Origin: Sminthopsis crassicaudata
Taxonomy: Eukaryota
Length of the DNA stretch: 64,000 nt
Reading direction: 5' to 3'
NCBI RefSeq assembly: GCF_048593235.1
Contig: NC_133617.1
Span: 627,792,958-627,856,957, forward strand
Shown piece by piece: positions 12,243-24,072 of this stretch. A program made the translations under genes and the position numbers. The stretch's first letter is position 1, and every line of letters starts with the position of its first letter. The notes below the pieces were generated by a model. That model was not told where the DNA came from and ran no database searches. It saw only the letters and a program-made list of their open reading frames with translations.

Positions 12243-13059
12243 GGGCTCTGCGTGAGTGTAAAACCTTATTTTGTCCACGATGGGCCCAGCGCACCCTCCC
12301 AGTCCCCCGGCTGCAGAACCCGGGAGCCTGCATGAGCGAGGGGAGCGCTTGCACAGTGGAGATGTTGGCGTCTATAGCCCTTCCAGACGCCCTGTAAGCT
12401 GCTCTCTAAAGCCGGTTCCCACCCGCTTCACCTGCACGCTTCTTTCCTTCTACCCCCTGCTTTTAAAAGGTGAACTCCGTAAGAACGGGGCTGTTTTCTC
12501 TCCTCCAGACTCCTCCACATCCGCTGGCTAGACACAGGTTAGGGTGACTGGCAATAGCCCAGGACGTTTTTGTTAATGCCCAATGACGAGTGAGGGCAGT
12601 TTCTGAAAGCGATCCCACGCCCTCCCGGGCCGCTCCTCCGGACTCACTTCGCCTCCCTCCGAGCCAGGAGAAAGGCCGGGGTTTGCCACCTGTGGGGGGT
12701 CTCCTGAGGGTTGTCTGTCACAAACAGGAAGCTGCGGGGAGGGGAAGAGGAGGGGGTGGTCTAAGGTCAGGAAATAGCTACAGAGGTAAGAAGCCTCTCC
12801 AGTTTGGCCCTAATTCCCTCCACGTCTTCTTGTGCAAGATAATGGAAGTCGGACCCCCTAGTCCCCCCAACCGCCCTCTAGCTCTGGAGTCTGGGAACCA
12901 GGCTTCTCGGCTCGGCCGCGTCCCTGTGGATTTAGGCAGCTCTTTTTCCCCTGGTCTTAGTTTCCTGTAAAATGAGGATATTCTTGATTAGTGTAGTGGC
13001 CAAATGATTTCTCCCCTCCACCGCCACCCTCCTAAGTGGGAGGTTTGGACGCGAGGTGC

Positions 13060-13227
13060 AGAATGTTTTCATAGTAAAAACTAAGACATTTAGATTTCTA
13101 ATACAGTAAATGTTACAATGTATCTTGTAGTAGTTACAGTAAATGGAAGCCGCATAAACAAAAACTCTTTGTGGTCCTCAATAATTTTTAAGAGTGTAAA
13201 GAGGACCGAAAAGTTTGAGAACCGCTG
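13060..13227 (+). mobile_element. hAT-Charlie (Charlie1-like) 3' end fragment
   Basis: Ends gtcctcaataatttttaagagtgtaaa...aaagtttgagaaccgctg, a typical Charlie terminus (family recalled). Confidence 0.6.
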
Positions 13228-14096
13228 TATTATATGATCTCTAAAATTCTAGTTCTTATATCCTGCGTTTCTATGTTCCTTTTTTAGCTCTAATATTGTG
13301 TTCAAGACACTCCATCTCTTGACTCCAGACATTCTGGCTGAAATGCCTTGCTCGGAATGCTCGCCCTCCTCCCTCTCACTCTTGACCTTCTTTGGCTTTC
13401 TTTAAGTCACATTTTAAAATCCCAGCTTCTTGAGAGGAAATAATTCCAGTGCTTTCCCTTTGTTAATTTGTTCCTATTTATCTTGTATAAAGCATGCTAT
13501 ATAATATATACATGTCCAGATAGGCCCAAGGACATTGTAGGCCTCTAGTATTTCTTGACCTGAAATTAATTAGGTTGAAATGGCAGCTCATTGGTCTGTC
13601 TGGTAGTGAAAAGGAAGTACTGACCTTGGTGGCTATATTTCGCTAAAGCCCGTGTTACTTATTTGTCCTGGGTGTTAATATATTGCCTCACCTAGAACTT
13701 CTGTGTCTTCAGTACATCTGAGCTCTGAATTCAAGAGTCTGTTAATCCGTGTGGACTGCTCCATGTGGACTGCTTAAATGGGAAAAGTGAAAGGGACCGA
13801 TGGAGGATAAGAAAGGAAACCTTGGGCCAGGGGTTCTTCTTCAGCTTGGCTAGTATAATGCCTTGGTTATAGTAGGTACTTCCTCATTCAGTTGGATTGG
13901 ATTGGATGGTGACACAGACTATATTTAATAAAAGTTCATGGGTTCTCATAGGTTTCTGTGATTTGGAGATTTTTTTCAGTCTTATTTGGATTAGAGGTGC
14001 TTGATAAACTGTACACAGACATATACATAGTCTACTGTGTTTGTATGAAGTGAAGAGGAAGACTGGGTTATTTGGGGAGAAACAGAGCTGTATGTG

Positions 14097-14235
14097 TCCC
14101 CTGAGGGGGACCTGGCTGTGGGTGGCCTCCCTTCCTCCCTGGGGGCACAGGCCTGTAGGCAGGCTACCCTCTGACAAGGCAACCATGGTTTTTGGTTCAG
14201 CAACTCCCACCAGCCCCTGCTTGCCCCAGCATCCA
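14097..14235 (+). promoter_or_regulatory. CD19 TATA-less promoter: EBF-like sites (14097-14110, 14136-14145), Pax5-like site (~14178-14200), probable TSS ~14210
   Basis: TCCCTGGGGG fits EBF TCCCNNGGGA; GGCAACCATGGTT resembles the human CD19 Pax5 site GACACCCATGGTT; GCCCCTGCTTGCCCCAGCATCC matches the human CD19 5'UTR start as recalled. Confidence 0.65.
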
Positions 14236-14279
14236 CCTCGCGGATCCGGACACTCTCAAGAGTTAGAGCCCGACTCGCC

Positions 14280-14374
14280 ATGCAGCAGCCCCCCTTTCTT
14301 CTTCCTCCTTCTCTTTCTCTTTCTCACTCCACAGGTTGCCAAGCCCCAAGACCCACTGAGTGTGGAGGCTGAAG
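14280..14374 (+). CDS. CD19: CD19 exon 1 (signal peptide; 95 nt, one base too many)
   Basis: gccATG CAG CAG [C6] then, in a shifted frame, [27 protein letters not shown]|gtagga. Confidence 0.85.
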
Positions 14375-14686
14375 GTAGGAAGAAGCAGAGGTGTGGGGCT
14401 CTTGTCCCAGCTTGGCCAGTCTATGGTGTAGCGTTGGACAGTTTATCACTCTCTGGTCTTTATTTTTCTTCCTGTGTAAAATGAGATGGAAGATCAGTTG
14501 AGATGATCTGCAGGAGGCCCTTTCCAACTCTAAATTCGAAGTCTTATTGGGAAGGAACTGACGAAATTAGTGTCTCCTGGGCTTAGGGTAGGGGTTGGGT
14601 TAATGATGGGAAGAGGAAGAAGTAGAGATGGTAAAGAAAAATAGCACATTTTAATTTTAATGTTTTTGAGACATTTCTTTATAAAA

Positions 14687-14729
<43 letters not shown>

Positions 14730-17700
14730 CTTTGTAGAAATAAATAATTATATATTAAATAAATACATTTCTTCATATAAATGGGAAGTAGCATAATGCG
14801 AGTATTTTCATCCCTTTTAGACAGATGAGGAAATTGAGGCTCAGAAAAATGTGTAATGGGGCCTGTGGTTCTGTAACTAGTGAAAGTTGGAATTTCTTCC
14901 TAGATCCTGTGTTCCATCACCATTTTCTCCCCATAGTCCTCTTCTCTCCACAGAGGGGAAGGATGCGGTTCTGTCATGCTTGATTGGCCCCAGAGATGAA
15001 CTCTTTGAGCCAATCACCTGGTCCGGAGGAGGGCAGCTATCCTCTTTGCAGCAACTGACCCTGAAAAGCCCAGGTTTGAGGGCCCATGTGGGTCCTTTTG
15101 AAGGTCTCCCTCTTCATCCATAACGTCTCAGCCCAGTCTGGGGGCTTCTACCTCTGTGAATTGGGACCACTCACAAAGCAAGAATTGAAACCCGGGGCAG
15201 CTATCAGTGTCAATGGCAGTGGTGAGGGGCCATAGTAGGGGTCAAGGGTGGGCATGGAGGTGAAGGGGAACCTGAAACTCTGGGCTCGGTACAGAGGGAA
15301 GGGGGCGAGGATGGGAATAGCTCTGGGCCTCAGTTTTCCATTCTGCTGAGAAACATGTGTGTTCCAGCCACTTCTTCCTTGTATGATCATGAGTAAGTTA
15401 TATTCTCCCTCCCTTTTTAGGTCTCAATTTCTTTACCTGTAAAATGAGGGGTTCAGATTGGATGATAAGGTCTTTGTCCTCTCTAAATCTTATGATCCAC
15501 AGAGTGGCCTGTTGTTAGGGGACCTAAGGGAAAAGAGATTGTTAAGAATCTGGAGGGGGTCAGTGGGTAGGATGGTTGGGAGAATTAAAACTGGAAGATT
15601 CAGAGAGAGGTATTAAAACTGGGTCTGAAGGAGAGACTTTGAGATATGAAGACAAGACTAGGAGCTGCCCAGAGATCAATAGATGTCCCTGGGCCCAGCT
15701 CCCAATCTGTCTCCAACTCTATCTCCATGTTGCCAGGTGAACTGTTCCAGTGGAATGCTACTGGCCCAGAAGGCTGTGGTCTTAGGAAGGAATCCTCATC
15801 TGCAATTAAACCTTCTGACCGTTTAAGATCCAAGTTCCAAACTAATCCCTCCACCCAACTCTACATATGGGCTGAGGACAAACCTGAGCTGTGGGATCCC
15901 TTCGCTCCATGTACTGACCAGAACCAAACAGAGGGTGAGAAAGGGGCTGTGGAAGGGAGAGGCAAGAGGAAGTAGGGATGGATAGGTTAGAGACACCGGG
16001 TGGAGGGCACCCAGGTGCAAAATGGATAGAACTCTGGAGTCAGGAAGAACTGAGTTCAGATCCAGCCACAGACACTAGCTACGTGACCTTGGGTAAGTGA
16101 TTTAATCTGTTTGCCTCAGTTTCTTCAACTGTAAAATGAGGATAATAATAGCATCTACCAGAAAGGTTGTTGTGAGGATCAAATGAGATAGTATTTATAG
16201 AATGCTGAGTACTGCATCTGGCATATAGTATGTGCTCTATAAATTCTACTTATTATCAATTATTAAACAGCAGGAGCTTCCTCCTTCCTCCCAGAGCCCA
16301 GCTTAGATTGTTTCCTATACCTAAAATATTAAGGAATATTTGTATTATTTTTACATATTTGTAATAATTTTGTATTAATTTGTAATATTTATTAAGGAAT
16401 ATACAGAAGTGGAGATTCAGAAAAAACATGAGTTCAAATTCAATTTCAGACACTTAATAGTTATGTGATGCTGAGCAAGTAACAACCTCCATCTTATATA
16501 GGTTCCTCATCTATAAAATGGGGATAATAAAAGCATCTCCCAGGGTTATTGTAAAGATCAAATAAGATAATATTTATAAAGGACTTAGTACAGTGCTTGA
16601 CACATAGTAGGTACAAAATGTTTGTTTCGTTCCTGTCTCCACATGTTGATCCTTCCAAACATTTCTGCTGCCTCCCTTGTGTAGCCTTCCTTGATTCCTA
16701 GATCTCTCCCTTTTCTGATTTGTATTCAAGCTTTGAAGGGCTGTTTAATTGGAGAGACTTAATGGAAGAGAGGCTTCATCTACTCCCTAGGGAGAGGGCA
16801 AACTTAGGAGCTAAGGGTCGAAGTTTTAGGGAGGCAAATTTAGGCTCTGATATAATGAAAATTGTATTTATTAGAGTTGCTCCAGAGTTGGGATGGGTTG
16901 CCTCAGGAAGTAAGTAGTAGTAGCATCAAGTAGATGCTGAATCACTACTTTTTTATATGTTTTAGTGAGATATTAATATTGATATATATGTATTTGAGTA
17001 TGTGTTGAATCCAATGATCAGCTAACTTTCCTGTGCTCTTATAATCTCATAGCACTTTGTATGAAGTTTGCTATGTTCTAATTTGTTCCCAGACTTTCAG
17101 GTTCAGGAAACCCTTGCCTCACTGTAATCCTGTAAGGTAGGAATTGTGGGGGGTAGATGTGGGTGGGATAATCAGATTTTACAGACTTACAAACTGAAGC
17201 TCAGAGAATACATGTTAATTCCCATGGTCACAAAGCTAGTAATAGAATCAGAGCCAGATTTCAAATGTAGGTCCCCAGATTCCAAGTCCAATGTGGAGTC
17301 CAGACTGTTCTCCGACTTCCTACCTCTTTGCTTTATCACATCTGAACTATCTTGGTTTTAGGAAGAATTTTTTTTTTTTTTTTTACAAATATGGAATACT
17401 TCCAAAAAAGCAGGCAAAAATGTGGCAGGAGCAAAAATGTGATAGTATAAAGAGCATGGAATTTTGGAATTTAGGATGAGGAATGGATTCGAATTCCAGC
17501 TTGGTTAAATCTCTTTAATCCCCTCTATGCCTTTCAGGGTTGTTTCTTCTTCTGTAAAATTAAAGCATTGGATTAGACTGTACATTGTTAACCAGGAGGT
17601 CTGTAAGTTTACTTTTTAAATATTTGGATCATTATAATCCAGTATAATTGTTTTCCTGTTTAATCTTCTGTATTTGATTTTATGTTTTTAAAAACTCTTT

Positions 17701-20700
17701 ATTCTGAGAAAGAGTTCAGAGGTTTTACAAAACTGCCAAAGGGATTCAAGGAACAAAAATAAGTTGAGTCCCAAGATTAGATGAACTCTCAAGTTTCTTC
17801 CAGCTTTTAACATTTTATGATCATATTAATGGGTGTGACCAAATTAACTCATTACCTGCTCCCTGATCTTACGCTATAAGGAGTCAGTATGGAATGAGCT
17901 AGGCTGGGTCCTGGGATGGCAAATACAAAGTCTGTGGCTGGGCCTGTTCTCCTAGCCTTTCCAGCTTGGCAGGATCTGATGGGCTTGGTACTGCATTAGC
18001 AAAATTTCCAAGAAACCAGGGCCATCTCCACACCAAACTACCATGGAAGATTTTATTGGAAGAAAAAAAATATAAATTCAAAAGAGCAATGGATTTGCAA
18101 TTGAGGATCCTAGGGTATGAATCCTGGTTCTAGATTTATGAGCTATATGACCATAAATAAATCACTTATTCCCTTTAGATCTTACTCATCCATCAAATGG
18201 AAATAATAATACTTAGACTTCCTACCTTGCAGATTTGTCAAGGGGAAAATGCTTTGTAAACCTCAAAGTGCCATAAATAGGCACTTTTATTAATAAAAGA
18301 GGAGAATAAAAGCAATCAGAAGCACAAATAAAATAAAGCAACCTATTAGAGATGGGGAGAAAATGGAGAGGGGAAAGAAAGAGAGGGATGGGGGGAAGGG
18401 GGAAAAAGGAAAGATACCAAATCTAGAGAAAATTCCCCGGGACCTTCCTGAGCTCTGTGATTCTCTAGACCTAGAGGTCACTCCTAGGGCTATTCCCATC
18501 CTGGCTTCTCATTTTGAGAATGGTATCTTTTGGTTCCATAACACACTTTCACCACCTCTTCCTACAATCTACTCTATCTCTATGTGAATGGCCAATCTCA
18601 GTCCTGCAGACCAGCAGTCTCTAGCATGAGGGCCTTGTACTCCTAGTGGACCATGACATGACCCTAAGCTATTGGAGCATAGAAAGGTAGGTACAGATCT
18701 GACCATGTCAATCCCTCTACTTAGTAAATTCCAATGGTTTTCTTTTGACTTTAGGATCAAACACCATTTCACTTTTATCTCATCTTCTTTTTCAAAATCT
18801 ATTACTATATTATACTTTACTATATCAATTTACACATTTTTCTATAGTTCTTTGTATTCTCCATATCCATCATTACTTATAATAGATGAGAAGTATTCTT
18901 CCATTTGTTCATATAGCATAATTTTTTTTTTTTAGCATTTCCCAATGAATGGCTGTCTATTTTATTTTCAGCTCCTTATTACAACAACAAAAAATAATGT
19001 TCTGAATATTTAGGTGTATACAGGAACTTTCTGCCTTTTATTTCCTTAGAGTAATGACTAGCAGTAGGATCTCTGGATTAAAGGGTATGACTTTTTTAGT
19101 CATTTAGAAGCCTAATTTTTGCAAAAGTGCTTTTCTGATATTTTCAAATAAGGTGTTACTCCCCAAGCAAGTTGTGGTCTTGACTTTATTTAATTCTGTG
19201 TAACTGAGTTTAATGGTTTCTGATTCTTTCTTATCTAGTCTATTCTGCTAATCCTTGCTTTTATTTGTAACCATTTAGTTTTGGAATGTGTTGTTTTTTG
19301 TTTGTTCCATTTTATTTTCATAAAGAAGGGAATCGTGGGCAAAAAACCCTTGCAAAGCATATTCCTCCCAAGAGATGAGAAAAACACCACTAGAGGACTT
19401 GTCCATACTAATTCTTGTAATTCTAGTCTTCTGAAATTTACTGATTGTTAATAAAATCAAAAGAGGAAGACAGTGTCCTTTAAACTTGACCAATTGATAC
19501 CATCATAATTATCCTGAGTTTTTCATCATTTAATATAATCTTTCTTTACATAGTCATATATTATTCTTTTGGGTAGGCTTCATAGACTAACCTTGAGGAC
19601 CTGATGCTTTGTTTGTTATCTTAGAGAATAGGGGCACTTCATTCACTTTGTGTTCTGTCCTTAGGGGTGCAGTTTGGACCAGGTTCAGTTCTGGGGAGCC
19701 TCACTCTAATAAGAAGAGTTGTTCTCACACTCAGTGGCTCATTAAATCCCCTTCCTCTGACACTCTTGGAATGATTTTACTTATTGAATCTCCCCCTTAA
19801 TGGAAAGAATAAAAATATATTTAATGTATGATATGATGCAGGTACAGGACAAATAGTTTATTCCTTGACACTTAAGAAATGTTAGACTTAAAAGACTCAT
19901 AAGAACGTTAGCAGAATAGAATTCATCAGTTTAATTTTTAGCTACTGGCACAATCTGTTTCCTAGTATTTAAACTTCCTTAGAACATATGGTAGTTTGCA
20001 AGACTACAAATTAGAGATTCTTCACTTTATTGTCTAAACAATTCCTAGTATATATCTTTTGGTAAAATAGCCATGCTTGGCCTAATTCTCTCATCAATGA
20101 CTATCCTCTCCAGAACTTGCAGAAGTTTTACCTTCCATGAATTACTTCCAACACAATGAGACCCTATTCTATAAAGTTAAATGACTTGCCCAAAGTCACA
20201 CAATTAGTGTCAGAGGTTGGATTTGAACTCAGATCTTTTGGATTCAAGGCTCAGCTCTCTATGCATTGAATCATTTAGCTGCCTCAGATCCCTTAGTCTG
20301 GTTGCACCTCTAAGACTGAACATTCCATATCAGAGCAATCATTTGCTTAAGTTCATTATTGTTCTTCAGTTCTGCCTGACTTTTCACGACCCCATTTAAG
20401 CTTTTCTTGGCAAAGATATTGGAGCAGTTTGTTATTTCCTTCTCTAGCTCATTTAAGAGATGAGGATACTGAGGAAAACAGGGTTAAGTTCAAGGGCCAC
20501 ACAGCCAGGAAATGTTTGAGGCTGGATTTGAACTCAGGAAGAGGAATATTCCTAACTCCAGGGCTCTCTCACTTTCCTTAAGGTTTGCTTAAGTTCTGGA
20601 AAGAATCAAAACAAAAGAGGCAGGGTGTGTGCTTTAGCTTTCATGTGCTTATGGTCAGTGGAACCTACTGCCCGTCTTTGACTCAACTTTCTAGACACTC

Positions 20701-23700
20701 ATTGAATGTCCTTCATGCTTTGAAGCTGGAAAAGAAGAGAGCATCTTCTACTTTTAGTACATTTGGAGTCCTTAGATCTTCTGGTTCCATAGCCAATAAA
20801 CAGAGATTCATTGTCTCACAGTGCAAGGCCCTCAATGATGAGTCATATTTGGCCTCATAATCCCATCCAAAGCTTCCTTGTGGAGCCAGGAATCATGACT
20901 CTACTTAGGCATGTTTCATGGGCATGGAGGAGAGGGGTAAGGGAAGAAAAGATGGCCCCTACTATAATGGAATCATAGATTTAGGGCTAAAATGGGCCTT
21001 ATAGGTGTTTTAGTCCAGCATTCTCATTCTACAGCTAAGGAACCTGAAGCCCAGAGAAGTAGGTCTTGAGTAAGAAAGATATGAATTGAGATCCAGCCTT
21101 AGATATTCCACTAGATGTGTGATCTTGCACTGATCACTTAGAAACCTCTGTCTGTCCCAGTTTCCTCAACTATAAAATGAGAATCATAATAACACCTACT
21201 TCATAACAATTACTTGTTGTCAGGAAATATTTGTTAAGTGTTTTGTGTTAGGCATATAGTAATGATATACAAATGCTTGCTATTATTGTTATTTTTATGG
21301 CAAAGGAGAGTCAGGATTCTAATTTGTGGTAGAATCAACCTCAGGGCCTCTGAATCCAAAGCCAGTTTTTCTGGCAGACACTACCTTACATTGTTTCCTT
21401 TACTTTGTATTATTTCAACTAAACCTTACCATGTTTTTTCTCATGGTGCAATAATATTCCATTACATTTCTATTTATATAACCCTTGGCAAATCACTTAA
21501 TCTCTCAGTGCACTAGGTAGTTGTCAAAGAATTATATTACAGGAAGAAGGTGTGAATTCTTTCTGTATGAATGAAATCCCTACATTCCTATACCACATTT
21601 TACTTGGCTATTCCTCAATCAATGAGTACAATTTGCATCCAACTTTTTGCTAATATCAATGGGACTGCTCTGTGAGAAAAGTCATGAAATCATTCATAAC
21701 TTTTGGTGAAGAGATTTCAGTTTTGTACAAATACTTCACCTCAAGGAGGTAAAAGACAGATAGATTCCATATACAACAAAATTTTACACAAACAAGCAAA
21801 CAAATTGGAAATACAATATCTACCCATTGATTCAGGAATGGCTGAAGAAATTGTGTTATGTAGACTTGATGAAATGCAGTTGTCCTATAAGAATTAAACA
21901 AATGGAAAAAGCAGTATGTTACAGTTAATATAAGGTTGGCCTTGAAGACATGAAGTCCTTCACTTAAGTCCTGCCTCTGGCACATATGCTAGCTATGGTA
22001 TACTAAACAAGTTACTGAACCTCTATATTTTAGGTAGGTCTCTAAGGTGATCTTCTCCCTTTATGCTGTCTTCTTGGTATCCCATGGAGTTCGCTATTAT
22101 CTGTGTAGAGATCCCAGATCTCTATCTATACCCAACTTCAGTATTCCTCTTAATCTTCAATCCTGTGTCACCAATCACCTATTGAACATTTTAAATTGTA
22201 TTTCAATTGTACATCAGATTGTATTGTAGGGAGACATTTTAGATTAAACATGTCTAAATCTGAGCTCATCCCTAAACACTCCCCTCTTCCAAAGTCCTCT
22301 ATTTTTGTTGAAGAAACCTTCATGCTACTGGCCATCCAGGTTCATAATTTTGGCATTATCCTGTACTTCTTACTTATATTATATATATCTCCCTCCCCTT
22401 ATATTCAATTACCAAATTTCCACTTCACCCTTTAAAACATCTCTTAAATCCTACTCCTCTCCTTTCACAGAGCTACCATCTTACTTCAGGTATTCATTAC
22501 CTCTATATCCAAATCAGGTCATCCTGGGTAAGTTACTTAACCTCTGTTTGCCTCAATTTCCTCATCTGTAAAATGGATATGCCAAGCTTTCCTTGAAGTC
22601 CTTTCCTTTGTTCCAGTTTCTAGGGAAGAGGTGGTCCTTTTCCTTACAAATACAAATCTATTTTCTTGGGTCCTGATCTGAAGTCTGGTCTTTCCCTCTC
22701 TAAGGGAGAGTGCACATGCTAAGTTTGAGGAGATGTAGAGAAATGGTCAGTTTGGATAGCAGTCAATCTGGGAAGGGGCCAGCAGCATCCAAGATTGCTG
22801 ATGCTGATGGAAAGATGCACATCCTATCAATCTATGCTTCATTCAGGCTATTTATTTATATCTTACCCAGTAATAAACTTCACTCCCTAGGAAAATAAGC
22901 TATCTTATGCCTGACAACAGCTGTTTCTCCATTAATGGGTTGAGTTTGCACATTTACTTTTATTGAAGTAAAGAATTTAACCTAAAGCTATTGATATAGA
23001 AGAGACTTGTTATATCACAGTCACAAAGTGATAAAATATACTATCTCACTGAATTCAGCTTTGCTCATTTAGAATCAGTTCCTCAGACCAGTCAAAGACA
23101 GTAGCCATCTCAATTTTTCCTTTGAAATCACTGCTGATGTTCATACAAGGTTCTGACAACTCTCTCTGGCATCTTTTGTGTCCAATAGTCAAGATTTCAA
23201 ACCCCCAGAAACAGAGAGAGGGAGAGCTCTCTTGATGTGGGTAAAGGTTTCTCTCTTTTGGTTGGTGAGCAGACTTGTGTTATTATTTTTCAAAGAACCC
23301 TACTCAACATTAAAATTTAAACTATTTCCTTCACTTTCAGGCCTATATATCTTCTTTTCTTTATTTTTCCCTGAGGCATTTGGGGTTAAATGACTTGTCC
23401 AGGGTCACACAGCCAGGAAGTGTTAAGTGACTGAGGTCAAATTTGAACTCAGGTCCTCCTGACTTCAGGGCTGGTGCTCTATCCATTGCGCCACCTAGCT
23501 GCCCCCCATATTTTCTTTCATTCTTCATTCATTATGGGCATGAGAGATTACATAGAGGAAAAATCAATTCTCATAAGAGGGGCTATATTTATAAAGTTGT
23601 TAGTTGTATCCAACTAGATTAGTGCCCAGATTTTTAATGTATGTTGTCATTTTAAGATGTGTTGTTTTCTAAACATTTTCCCTTCTGATTTTTAGTGATA

Positions 23701-24032
23701 TGTAGCTAATTATTTTTGTAGATTTGTTTTGTATTGTGCTTCTTTGCTGAAACTATTATCTCAATTTTCTGATCATTTCAAGGGTTTTCTAACAAACCAT
23801 TACTTTATTCTCAAATAGCCTTATTTTTGCCTCTGCTTTGTCAATGCTTATTTCACTTAATTTCTCTTTCTTGTCATTGCTATTGCCAGCGTGTATAGTA
23901 TTATATCAAATAATAATGATAATAGTAGACACCTTTGCTTTAACCCTGATCTTTTAAGGAAAACTTTTAATGTAGTCCTTAGTTTTAGTCAATTTAACAA
24001 AATGTGTTGAGGAAAGATCCTTTCATTACAGT

Positions 24033-24072
<40 letters not shown>

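Noticed and set aside
14041-14279. In-frame upstream ATGs (14041 and strong-Kozak 14185) that would rescue the CD19 exon 1 frame with an N-terminal extension
   Set aside because: ATG 14185 lies within the Pax5-like promoter site, upstream of the sequence matching the human transcript start, so it is probably not in the mRNA. A homopolymer indel is the simpler explanation.
20580-20900. Coding-like composition in CD19 intron 3 (possible nested exon remnant)
   Set aside because: Translations are short, interrupted and unrecognised, and I found no convincing splice pair.
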